Part shown: positions 1 through 8,237 of the stretch, piece after piece
Layout: each line of letters begins with the position of its first letter
Numbering within the stretch: the first letter of the stretch is position 1
Source of the DNA: Gammaproteobacteria bacterium
GTDB taxonomy: Bacteria > Pseudomonadota > Gammaproteobacteria > JBIOEC01
Reading direction: 5' to 3'
DNA length: 32,000 nt
Assembly (NCBI GenBank): GCA_965279305.1
Contig: OZ257143.1
Location: 990,001 to 1,022,000, forward strand
Translations under genes and position numbers: made by a program
The notes under the pieces: generated by a model
The model's database searches: none
Seen by the model: the letters and a program-made list of their open reading frames with translations, nothing else
What the model was told of the DNA's origin: nothing

Positions 1-997
1 TTTCGTTTAAGGCTTGATCATATTTTGCAGTGAGAGTTAATCCTAATACATAACCATAACGCAATGCATCAGCTTCTTCGCCTGTGGCTTTATTTAATTT
101 ATCTACATATTCTGCTGTCATGCGTCTTACATCAGCGTTACCTAAGAAATCAACTCGTGCTTTAACTAAATAAAATTTCAAACTATTTTTATACACTTTT
201 TTTTCATATTGTGAAGCGCGGTGTTGTGAATCGGCGATACGTGCTTCAGTGACAGGGTGAGTACTTAAGAATTCAGGTAAGTTATATTGGTTATAACGGT
301 TTGCTTCCCACATGCGTCCAAAAAAAGCGGGCATAGCGTAAGGATCGTAACCACTTTTATTTAGTAGATCCATTCCTATACGATCGGCTTCTTCTTCATT
401 TTCGCGCGTAAAATTAATAGAGCCTTGGTGAGCACTGGCCATGGTGGCAGAAAGTGCACCCATACCGGCTTCAGGACTTTGTGTGGCTAAAATGGCAGAG
501 CCTAAAATAGCGGCTAGTGTAGGAAGTAGCTGCTGTTTATTGCGCTCAAACATGCGCGCAATATGTCGCTGAGTAACGTGTGCCATTTCATGCGCAAGTA
601 CAGATGAGAGTTCAGATTCATTTTTAGTGGCTGAAATCAAACCGGTATGCAAGCCAATATACCCGCCAGGTAATGCAAATGCATTAATACGAGGGTTTTG
701 CACCACAAAAAAAGTAAAATCTTGTGAGGATTCTGCGTGTGCACGCAAAGGCTCTGTGAGTTGCTGTAAATAATCATCAATCAACGGATCATAATAAGTA
801 TATTGATAGTAACGGATCTGCTCCATATAAAGATCACCCAACTCGCGTTCAGCGGCAGGGGAAAGCACTTGATTAGTAGAGCTGCCAATATCGGGAAGAT
901 TATAGGTTGACCCTGTTGCCGAGAGTGGTAATAAGGCCAATAGCAGAGCCAATGGTAAATCCAATTTTAAACAAGGTGTAATAATATGACGCATCAT
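1..997 (-). CDS. bepA: M48-family periplasmic metalloprotease BepA (YfgC)-like; C-terminal part runs off the window
   Basis: Absent from the ORF track because there is no stop in the window. Hand translation of the minus strand from ATG at 997 gives MMRHIITPCLKLDLPLALLLALLPLSATG (signal peptide), then FALPGGYIGLHTGL and SVLAHEMAHVTQRH. The HEMAH zinc motif is encoded at 578-592. It is divergent from perM, as in the E. coli yfgC/yfgO neighbourhood. Confidence 0.8.
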   Translation of the reverse strand, partial: MMRHIITPCLKLDLPLALLLALLPLSATGSTYNLPDIGSSTNQVLSPAAERELGDLYMEQIRYYQYTYYDPLIDDYLQQLTEPLRAHAESSQDFTFFVVQNPRINAFALPGGYIGLHTGLISATKNESELSSVLAHEMAHVTQRHIARMFERNKQQLLPTLAAILGSAILATQSPEAGMGALSATMASAHQGSINFTRENEEEADRIGMDLLNKSGYDPYAMPAFFGRMWEANRYNQYNLPEFLSTHPVTEARIADSQHRASQYEKKVYKNSLKFYLVKARVDFLGNADVRRMTAEYVDKLNKATGEEADALRYGYVLGLTLTAKYDQALNE

Positions 998-1131
998 GCA
1001 TTTATAGTTCAGTATTTAATTTAAGACAAATAACTTAGGTGCTTTAATCATAAATTCTGTGACAAACAGCGAATTGTGTAATATAGTATCCTGATTCATA
1101 TCCACACCAACCCCTGAGAGGAACAGACGCT

Positions 1132-2196
1132 ATGGTAGCACTTTTTCGGCAGTGGTATAACCGTTATTTTTCGGATCCTGAGGCGGTTTTTTTATTCCTT
1201 TTTTTACTGACCATCGCAGTTGTTATTTTGTTTTTCGGTGAAATTCTCACACCGATTTTAGCCAGTGTGGTGATTGCTTATGTACTCGATTCTATGGTGC
1301 AATTTTTAAGAAAGTGGGGTGTGCCACGTCCTATCGGGATCACTCTTGCGTTTATATTATTTATCGGTGTCATTGTGGTATTGTCACTATGGATTGGCCC
1401 TCTATTGGTAGCCCAGTTAACAGGCTTGTTTGGTGAATTACCGGCCATGATTGCAAATGTGCAACATTCTTTACATTTATTGCCTGAACATTACCCACAA
1501 ATTATTTCTGAAACCCAAATCAATGAAATTATGGTGATTGCTCGCTCTGAAATCACGCAGTTAGGACAACACGTAGTGAGTTTTTCATTGTCATCTATCA
1601 TGACCTTAATGACATTTGTTGTGTATATGTTGATTGTTCCTTTAATTGTATTTTTCTTTTTAAAGGATAGGGACGAAATTTTAAACTGGTGTTCTAAATT
1701 TTTACCGGAACGTCGTAAATTATTAGATCGGGTATGGAAACAGGTAGATCAGCAATTTGGTAATTACATTACCGGCAAGCTAGTTGAGTTAGTGATAGTA
1801 GTTGTGATGACGTATATTCCTTTTGCGTGGTTTGGTTTGGAATATGCGTTTTTATTATCAGTATTAGCAGGGCTTTCTATTTTTATTCCCTATATTGGGG
1901 GGATCGTTGTCACTATTCCTATCGTTGCTGTGGCTTTTTTCCAATGGGGCTGGACACCAGACTTCTTTTGGCTCATTAGTCTTTATGCATTAACCCAAAT
2001 TATCGATGGTAACGTAGTAGTGCCATTGTTATTCTCAGAAGCCATTGATATGCATGCGGTGGTTATTATATTGGCCATCTTGGTATTTGGCGGGCTTTGG
2101 GGTATTTGGGGAATGTTCTTTGCTATTCCTTTAGCTATCCTGTTGAAAGCATTAATTGAAACATGGCCAAGAAGCACAGCAAAAGCTCGAAAATAA
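1132..2196 (+). CDS. perM: AI-2E family transporter / PerM-type permease (UPF0118)
   Basis: 354-aa polytopic membrane protein. The N-terminal WYNRYF...DPE and the multi-TM layout are typical of the PerM/YhhT family. It is adjacent to bepA and bcp, as in enterobacterial synteny. Confidence 0.75.
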   Translation: MVALFRQWYNRYFSDPEAVFLFLFLLTIAVVILFFGEILTPILASVVIAYVLDSMVQFLRKWGVPRPIGITLAFILFIGVIVVLSLWIGPLLVAQLTGLFGELPAMIANVQHSLHLLPEHYPQIISETQINEIMVIARSEITQLGQHVVSFSLSSIMTLMTFVVYMLIVPLIVFFFLKDRDEILNWCSKFLPERRKLLDRVWKQVDQQFGNYITGKLVELVIVVVMTYIPFAWFGLEYAFLLSVLAGLSIFIPYIGGIVVTIPIVAVAFFQWGWTPDFFWLISLYALTQIIDGNVVVPLLFSEAIDMHAVVIILAILVFGGLWGIWGMFFAIPLAILLKALIETWPRSTAKARK

Positions 2197-2201
2197 TTTT
2201 A

Positions 2202-2255
2202 TCACCTCTCCCTGAGGGAGAGGTCGTTTATGCGTAGCATAAGCGGGTGAGGGGG
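2202..2255 (+). repeat. REP-like double-hairpin intergenic repeat, copy 1
   Basis: Sequence is TCACCTCTCCC-TGA-GGGAGAGGTCG (9-bp stem), then tttatgc-gta-gcataag (second hairpin), then CGGGTGAGGGGG. It sits between the convergent perM and bcp stops and has the same architecture as the copies at 30539, 30946 and 31071. Confidence 0.8.
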
Positions 2256-2263
2256 AATCTTTC

Positions 2264-2734
2264 TTAATCCAATCTTTCTATCGCCTCTAACACCGCTTGC
2301 ACATGTCCGGGCACTTTTACTTTTCGCCATTCTTCTCGCAATATTCCTTTTTTATCAAATAAAAAAGTACTACGCTCAATACCTTTTACCATTTTTCCAT
2401 ACATGTTTTTATCTTTGATCACATCAAAGAGTTTGCATACTTTTTCGTCCGAATCAGATAATAACTCAAAAGGCAGCATATGCTTTTCTTTAAAATTTTC
2501 ATGTGAATCTAGCGAGTCTCTCGATACCCCTAAAATAACGGTATTTAATTTCTCGAACTGTTTAAAGTGGTCACGAAAGTCTTCACCCTCAAGCGTACAG
2601 CCGGGGGTGTTATCTTTGGGGTAAAAATATAATACGATGTTTTTCCCTAAAAAATCTTTTAAACTAATAGATTGCTCGCCTGTCGCGGTCAGTTTGAATT
2701 GAGGCGCTGGCTTGCCCACGGTGGTAGTGGTCAT
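2264..2734 (-). CDS. bcp: Thiol peroxidase Bcp (peroxiredoxin Q/BCP family)
   Basis: 156 aa. FYPKDNTPGCTLEG contains the peroxidatic Cys motif (PxxxTxxC). Length and position next to dapA match bcp. Confidence 0.9.
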   Translation of the reverse strand: MTTTTVGKPAPQFKLTATGEQSISLKDFLGKNIVLYFYPKDNTPGCTLEGEDFRDHFKQFEKLNTVILGVSRDSLDSHENFKEKHMLPFELLSDSDEKVCKLFDVIKDKNMYGKMVKGIERSTFLFDKKGILREEWRKVKVPGHVQAVLEAIERLD

Positions 2735-2763
2735 GGCTTTCTGTCTCCCTTAGAAAATACTTA

Positions 2764-2772
2764 TGTTATAAT
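2764..2772 (+). promoter_or_regulatory. Extended -10 promoter element (TGTTATAAT) upstream of dapA
   Basis: TG-n-TATAAT at 2764-2772 lies 31 nt upstream of the dapA ATG, with an AAAGGAAA RBS at about 2788-2795. No good -35 is present. Motif reading only. Confidence 0.35.
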
Positions 2773-2802
2773 ATCGAAACCTTAGCAAAAAGGAAATCGT
2801 GT

Positions 2803-3675
2803 ATGTTTGTAGGCAGTTTTGTAGCCTTAGTGACCCCTATGCATGCCGATGGCAGCATAGATAAAAAGCATTTGGCCGCCCTTATCGAATGGCATATCAG
2901 TGAAGGAACCGATGGTATCGTGCTGAACGGTACTACAGGGGAATCCCCTACGCTTGAACATAATGAACAACACGAACTTATCGACTTTGCGGTAAAAGCA
3001 GTGAAGGGCAGAATGCCGGTTGTTGCGGGTACGGGCTCCAACTCAACCAGCAAAACGATTAAAGCTACCCAAGAAGCCTTTGCGTTGGGCGTAGATGCTT
3101 GCCTTCTCATTGCCCCTTATTACAACAGACCTCCTCAGGAAGGTTTGTATCAGCATTTCAAAGCAGTGGCAGAGTCTGTTTCTGGTCCACTGATTCTATA
3201 CAATCAGCCCTGGAGAACAGGCGTTGATATTCTTCCTGAAACTGTTGTGCGCTTAGCCACATTGCCTAATATTGTGGCCATTAAAGAAGTGAACGTAAGC
3301 GAAGAGCGTTTTACAGCACTGCTCAATGGTCACGGCCTTGATGTATTAACGGGCGAAGATGCGTGGACATTTAATTTATTAAAAATGGGCGGCCAAGGCG
3401 TTATTTCAGTCACCGCTAATGTGGCACCTGCCGAAATGGCAGCTATGTGTAGAGCGGCGCGAGAAGGTGATTGGAAAACAGCAGAAGAGCTATCTACACG
3501 ATTAGATATTTTACATGGGGCATTAGTGGTTGAATCTAACCCCATTCCAGTGAAATGGGCATTGCAACGTATGGGTAAAATAGAATCAGGTATTCGTTTA
3601 CCACTCGTGCCTCTTTCAACAGCAGGACAAGAAAAGGTTGAAGCTGCATTAAAACAAGCGAAGTTAATATATTAA
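2803..3675 (+). CDS. dapA: 4-hydroxy-tetrahydrodipicolinate synthase
   Basis: 290 aa. MFVGSFVALVTPM...GIVLNGTTGESPTL...GTGSNST...YYNRP are canonical DapA blocks. Confidence 0.93.
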   Translation: MFVGSFVALVTPMHADGSIDKKHLAALIEWHISEGTDGIVLNGTTGESPTLEHNEQHELIDFAVKAVKGRMPVVAGTGSNSTSKTIKATQEAFALGVDACLLIAPYYNRPPQEGLYQHFKAVAESVSGPLILYNQPWRTGVDILPETVVRLATLPNIVAIKEVNVSEERFTALLNGHGLDVLTGEDAWTFNLLKMGGQGVISVTANVAPAEMAAMCRAAREGDWKTAEELSTRLDILHGALVVESNPIPVKWALQRMGKIESGIRLPLVPLSTAGQEKVEAALKQAKLIY

Positions 3676-3691
3676 TAGAGATATTAAAAGG

Positions 3692-4030
3692 ATGTTATCA
3701 ATGAAAATCATAAAGTTTGCACCATTATTCGTATTGTCGATAATGCTAGGTGCATGTGCAGACGCTGCTGGCGTACATAAATTTAATAATGCTTCTTATA
3801 TGAAAGCACAATCAGTGGCGCCCATGGAAGTTCCTGAAAATGTGGCTGCCAATACTTATATTGAACCTTATTACCCAGCGCCGACAGGGGCTTATCCAGC
3901 ACCTGGCAGCGAGCCTATTAGTTTATTGCCTCCAGAAATGGGCGAACTATTAGAAGAACCAGTGTTAGAAGAGCCAAAAGCAGAAACCAATTCCAAACCC
4001 AGTTCCAAACAAGAAGTAAGAGGTGCGTAA
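3692..4030 (+). CDS. Small lipoprotein at the syntenic BamC/NlpB position (possible minimal BamC)
   Basis: Signal peptide plus lipobox (SIMLGAC) followed by a Pro/Glu-rich tail. The real start is probably ATG 3701 (MKIIKF...), because the AAAGGA RBS at 3687-3691 abuts the 3692 ATG. It lies between dapA and purC, exactly where bamC lies in E. coli. Confidence 0.55.
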   Translation: MLSMKIIKFAPLFVLSIMLGACADAAGVHKFNNASYMKAQSVAPMEVPENVAANTYIEPYYPAPTGAYPAPGSEPISLLPPEMGELLEEPVLEEPKAETNSKPSSKQEVRGA

Positions 4031-4746
4031 TGGAAAAAAAAGAATTATTGCATAAAGGTAAAGCAAAATCAGTGTATAGCACCACGGATCCCAATTATTT
4101 AATTGTAGAATTTCGTGATGATATTTCTGCATTTAACGCACTTAAATTAGCCAATCTTCCTCGTAAAGGAATGATCAATAATTATATTAATGCGTTTATT
4201 ATGGAACATTTAAAAGCGGCCGGTATTGCGGTAGATTTTGAACGTATTATCGATAATAACCATGCATTAATTAAACGTTTAAAAATGTTGCCCTTAGAAG
4301 CGGTAGTGCGCAATGCTGCTGCAGGTGGCGTTAGCAAACGTTATGGAATTGAAAAAGGAAAATTAATTGATCCACCCTTATTTGAATTTTATTTAAAAAA
4401 CGATGCGCTAGGTGATCCTTTAATTACCGAAGATCATATTCAAGCATTTGGCTGGGGCACACCGGAAGAAGTTAAAAAAATTCGTGAACTTAGCTTAAAA
4501 GTAAATCAAAGTTTAAAACCCTTATTTGATAAAGCGGGAATTTTCCTCGCAGATTTCAAATTAGAATTCGGTTTATTTGACGGCGTCTTAACCTTAGGCG
4601 ATGAAATTTCTCCTGATGGCACACGCTTATGGGATAAACAAACCAACGAAATACTAGACAAAGATCGCTTCCGCCAAGACTTAGGCGAAGTAGTAGAACA
4701 CTACGAAGAAGTGGCAAACCGTCTAGGCGTCCAGTTACCAGCTTAA
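4030..4746 (+). CDS. purC: Phosphoribosylaminoimidazole-succinocarboxamide (SAICAR) synthase
   Basis: 238 aa. GKAKSVYST...VEFRDDISAFN...VVRN.AAG...FKLEFG...ISPDGTRLWDK...DKDRFRQ match PurC along the full length. Confidence 0.93.
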   Translation: MEKKELLHKGKAKSVYSTTDPNYLIVEFRDDISAFNALKLANLPRKGMINNYINAFIMEHLKAAGIAVDFERIIDNNHALIKRLKMLPLEAVVRNAAAGGVSKRYGIEKGKLIDPPLFEFYLKNDALGDPLITEDHIQAFGWGTPEEVKKIRELSLKVNQSLKPLFDKAGIFLADFKLEFGLFDGVLTLGDEISPDGTRLWDKQTNEILDKDRFRQDLGEVVEHYEEVANRLGVQLPA

Positions 4747-4769
4747 CCTTTTACCCAAACGAGGTTTTT

Positions 4770-6731
4770 ATGCCTACGAGTCAATTAACCACACAAGCGC
4801 CTCAGCCTATCCGTCGTCAGAATGCTGTTCCTATTCACATAATGTTCCGCAGGCATATACAAAGTCTCTCAGCCTTTTCTACTATTGCTGCCACTTTTGC
4901 TTTGCCAGTAGCCGCAGTAATATTTACTCTTGGTCATGGTATTGCGATCATTGAACGTCGATTTTCTCCTAACTTAAGACAACGAAAGGGCGCCCAATTT
5001 TTTTTAGGAAGGAATGATGTAGCTGAATCTACAGAAATCGCTGATATCAAAGCAAAGTTGGATCTACTAAAAGAAGCTGTATCTAGTTTATCTGACACTG
5101 AGAAACCATCTATGCTATTAATAGCCATTCGGGATATTTGTGATTATATTGAAAATCATTTAGAAGGAGATCTATTTTCGATTAAAGATAGCATTTATAA
5201 AAATAGAGTAGAAGAACTAATTTTATTTCTCGATGTAATAGAAACCGCTTTAAACGATATAAATGAAGCAAAAGTTATTAATGCTGTGACTGAAGATGAT
5301 AAAACCGAAGTAAACGCCGACGTACTTTATTATTACGCCGCTGCTGTTTCAGAGCGAGTTATAAGTGGCGCATTTTTAAAAAGCTCTTTAAAAGGAATAC
5401 TGGTTCAAACCTATGATGCTGAAATAGTTAATTTTCCGCAGTATTTTAGTTTGAAAAACTTTCATTCCACTGCTGAAATAAAAAGAAATGGATATATACA
5501 ACCTATTTTAAAGGCGTTAGCAACACTGAAAGAAAATATTAGCTATCCTTTTATGGTTTCTGTAATAACAGAATTTGAAGCCCTTCTAAAAGTTAATGTA
5601 TTGCAAAATCGTCGTAAAATAAAAGGTTATGTATTAAGAGCCACTCTCAATGAAATGGAGAGGTTAATAGAAGTGATGGGTCAAATAGTTCTATTCCCGC
5701 CCGATCAAGTTAAAAAGCAATTAACACTTTATTTAATAAATGCTCATGAAAGAACTGAAAAAGGATCGTTTTCCAAAGAATTAGTCAAAGCTATTTCTAG
5801 AGCGCTGGCATATTTACAGCAAATAGGTACTAATACTATTTTACCCAAAGATTCGCCTTTGCACGCTTATGAATTACCGCATACAGATTTTATACGTAAG
5901 GAAAAATTGGGCATCGGCACATACGGAACAGTATATAAAGCACGTTGGAAAGGGAAGGTGGATGTTGCTATTAAACGTTCCAATAAGGATCCAGATCCTC
6001 GTTTAGATAGAAAATTACAAGACAGTTTAATTGAAGAAGCAACTCTTTTATCTCAATTGGATTCTCCATTTGTAGCAAAGCTATATGCTGTTTCCTTTTC
6101 GGACAATACTTTCAATGTTGTAATGGAATATATTCCACAACGCCTTTTCAGTCTTTTATACGAAGGAAAGGGAAAAACAAATCTATCATGGGATGTCAGA
6201 CAATTGTTAGCATGTGATGTTGCACGAGGTGTTCAATATCTACATAGAACATTTACGACTTCTGTTTTACACAGAGATATTAAAAGCGATAATGTTTTAG
6301 TCACTGCAGATTGGCGTGCTAAAGTAGTGGATTTTAGTTCAAGCAAAATGCAAAGTGAAGGACCTGTTACACCCGCCACTACTCCCGGTTGGGCTGCTCC
6401 TGAAACCTTGAAAGGTCAACCGTATACGCCTTTAGTTGATGTTTATAGTTTTGGAGTTTTAGTTTTTGAGATGGCAGGGCGTGGTGTGATGTGGCATTAT
6501 GGCACTGCTAAAGGAGTATATAATACCCCTTTTGGATCAATGTCAGATTCAGAAAAACGAACAGCCTTACATACCGGTTGCCCTCAAGTATTAAGTGACC
6601 TTATTATTACATGTACACAAAATCGCCCAGATGATCGCCTACCTATTGATGAAGTTGTTACACAATTTCAAAATGTTTACCGAGCACAGTTACCCCCGCC
6701 TCCCATGAAAGCGCCTGCTTTAATTTTTTAG
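4770..6731 (+). CDS. Membrane-anchored eukaryotic-type Ser/Thr (TKL-like) protein kinase
   Basis: 653 aa. There is an N-terminal hydrophobic segment (aa 35-61) and a helical middle region. The C-terminal kinase domain has a Gly loop GIGTYG (nt 5910-5927), VAIK Lys402, HRDIKSDN (HRD at 6270-6278), DFS in place of DFG (aa 521-523), WAAPE, and a CTQNRPDDRLPIDEV tail typical of TKL/plant-amoeba kinases. A GAGG RBS lies 23 nt after the purC stop. Confidence 0.85.
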   Translation: MPTSQLTTQAPQPIRRQNAVPIHIMFRRHIQSLSAFSTIAATFALPVAAVIFTLGHGIAIIERRFSPNLRQRKGAQFFLGRNDVAESTEIADIKAKLDLLKEAVSSLSDTEKPSMLLIAIRDICDYIENHLEGDLFSIKDSIYKNRVEELILFLDVIETALNDINEAKVINAVTEDDKTEVNADVLYYYAAAVSERVISGAFLKSSLKGILVQTYDAEIVNFPQYFSLKNFHSTAEIKRNGYIQPILKALATLKENISYPFMVSVITEFEALLKVNVLQNRRKIKGYVLRATLNEMERLIEVMGQIVLFPPDQVKKQLTLYLINAHERTEKGSFSKELVKAISRALAYLQQIGTNTILPKDSPLHAYELPHTDFIRKEKLGIGTYGTVYKARWKGKVDVAIKRSNKDPDPRLDRKLQDSLIEEATLLSQLDSPFVAKLYAVSFSDNTFNVVMEYIPQRLFSLLYEGKGKTNLSWDVRQLLACDVARGVQYLHRTFTTSVLHRDIKSDNVLVTADWRAKVVDFSSSKMQSEGPVTPATTPGWAAPETLKGQPYTPLVDVYSFGVLVFEMAGRGVMWHYGTAKGVYNTPFGSMSDSEKRTALHTGCPQVLSDLIITCTQNRPDDRLPIDEVVTQFQNVYRAQLPPPPMKAPALIF

Positions 6732-6826
6732 CATTCTCTTTAGTTTTCTGAGTTGCAAAATTAGTGTTTTGATAGGACAATCAAGAAAAAGTAGTACTTC
6801 CTGATTATTCACAAAAGGAGATAGCT

Positions 6827-8206
6827 ATGCGTAAATCCACCTTTAAATTTGAAAAAGATGAGTCAGGAGCTCCCGTGCCTGAACGCCCCCTTTCCAAAGA
6901 GCAGATGCTCGCTGCGAAGTTAGGCCGTGTGGTAACGCTGAAAAAGCCTGCGAAGACATCAGAGCGCTTTGAAGGAATAGAACATTACGGAATAGGGAAT
7001 ATTGCTTTTAGCGAGTTTATTAAAGCAAACCCTAAATTTGTTACTGCCTTAGGAAATTCATTAAGACCGATTGATACCAAATTAAATTTAAGAGGGAAAT
7101 GGTTACAAGCTGGTGCCTTTGTTTCTTTAGGGGGAGATTTTTATGGAGTTGCTGAAAAACCCATTTCATTTGCAGGAGACGACAACGAACAGCAAATGCG
7201 ATTTGCTGCAGCTTATGAAACTTTAGCCAAAGCTGATCCCAAAGAAGTAGAAGAGCTTCTTCAACAAATGAAAGTAGAGGCAGAAGCTGTTGTGATGGCC
7301 GCAAAAAACGGTGAAAAACCTAGTATTGGGTTACATAGAGTTTCTGGCTCAAATAACGTGAAGTATACGCAGATTACCAAGCAAAATAATTTTCCTGGAG
7401 GGTTTTTTGATAGCCGGTATATTCAATTGGCTCAAATGAACTTTGATCATTTTAAAGGAGAGGCATTAATCGCTTTTAATGCAGGTTTCAAAAAAGCATT
7501 AGCCACAGCTAAAGAAGCTTGGTTTGAAAAGGAACCGGTTAAAAAAGAAGCGCTTTTAGTAGAAGCAATCTCACAAGTGCTTTTTGCCTGCCATTTTCTA
7601 ACCGATTTATTTTCAGCAGGACATTTACGTACGCCTAGAAAAGAAATGTGGGATATTATTACAAACCAGGGAATTTTTGCTGGAAGTCCAGTGGCTGGTT
7701 TGTTAGCCATGAAAATGCATGGTGAAGACAATGCTTACGGTTTATATGTGACCAGTGATGCTTGTCCAGGAGGATGGAGAGCGTATGGTGATCATTGTTA
7801 TTTTGACGCAAAAGATGATGAGGGAGATAAATGGGCTGTTGAAGCAGTGAAAGCATCGCTTGCCGATGTTTTCAAGTGCGCTTTAGGCCAGGAGCCTACC
7901 TATGATTTTCACCACTTTTTACCAAAACCTAGTTCTAATAATTTTTCACCCATGTTTAAGGTAGAAGTGATTGATGGAAAAAATAGAATAACAATCAGAG
8001 CCGATATTAATGATAGAAATTGTACAAAGCGCGATGTGGTTGAAAACCCAAAATTAACATTATTAGCTATTCAAACTAAATATAAAGAAGCCAAAGGTGA
8101 TGAGAAGCTTTCGGATGACGATCAAGCTGAATTAAAAGAGTTAGGTATTGAGCTGGATGATGCACTTAATGCTCCAGACTCCGTGTATCAATGTTCACCA
8201 AATTAA
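6827..8206 (+). CDS. Hypothetical protein with Zn-dependent phospholipase C / S1-P1 nuclease-like metal-ligand pattern
   Basis: 459 aa with an AAAGGAGA RBS. H256-x3-D260-x5-H266 (HFLTDLFSAGH, nt 7592-7624) is followed by H298-G-E-D and preceded by D195...D207-H208. This is the same order and similar spacing as the D/H/H-x3-D-x5-H/H-x3-[DE] ligands of the PLC/P1-nuclease superfamily. The CDS is solid; the function is inference. Confidence 0.45.
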   Translation: MRKSTFKFEKDESGAPVPERPLSKEQMLAAKLGRVVTLKKPAKTSERFEGIEHYGIGNIAFSEFIKANPKFVTALGNSLRPIDTKLNLRGKWLQAGAFVSLGGDFYGVAEKPISFAGDDNEQQMRFAAAYETLAKADPKEVEELLQQMKVEAEAVVMAAKNGEKPSIGLHRVSGSNNVKYTQITKQNNFPGGFFDSRYIQLAQMNFDHFKGEALIAFNAGFKKALATAKEAWFEKEPVKKEALLVEAISQVLFACHFLTDLFSAGHLRTPRKEMWDIITNQGIFAGSPVAGLLAMKMHGEDNAYGLYVTSDACPGGWRAYGDHCYFDAKDDEGDKWAVEAVKASLADVFKCALGQEPTYDFHHFLPKPSSNNFSPMFKVEVIDGKNRITIRADINDRNCTKRDVVENPKLTLLAIQTKYKEAKGDEKLSDDDQAELKELGIELDDALNAPDSVYQCSPN

Positions 8207-8237
8207 TGATTGGATTAATATATTCTAAGTAAGGGTA

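Noticed and set aside
1983-3545. Track ORFs 1983-2177(-), 2403-2624(+), 2766-3110(-) and 3330-3545(-), lying antisense or out of frame within perM, bcp and dapA.
   Set aside because: They are fully embedded in strongly supported housekeeping CDSs. They have low-complexity, Cys/Ser-rich translations with no motifs or RBS, so they are shadow ORFs.
4934-7856. Antisense ORFs 4934-5128, 7041-7304, 7447-7731 and 7659-7856 inside the kinase and PLC-like genes.
   Set aside because: They are short, overlap better-supported sense ORFs, and are typical chance reading frames in AT-rich DNA.
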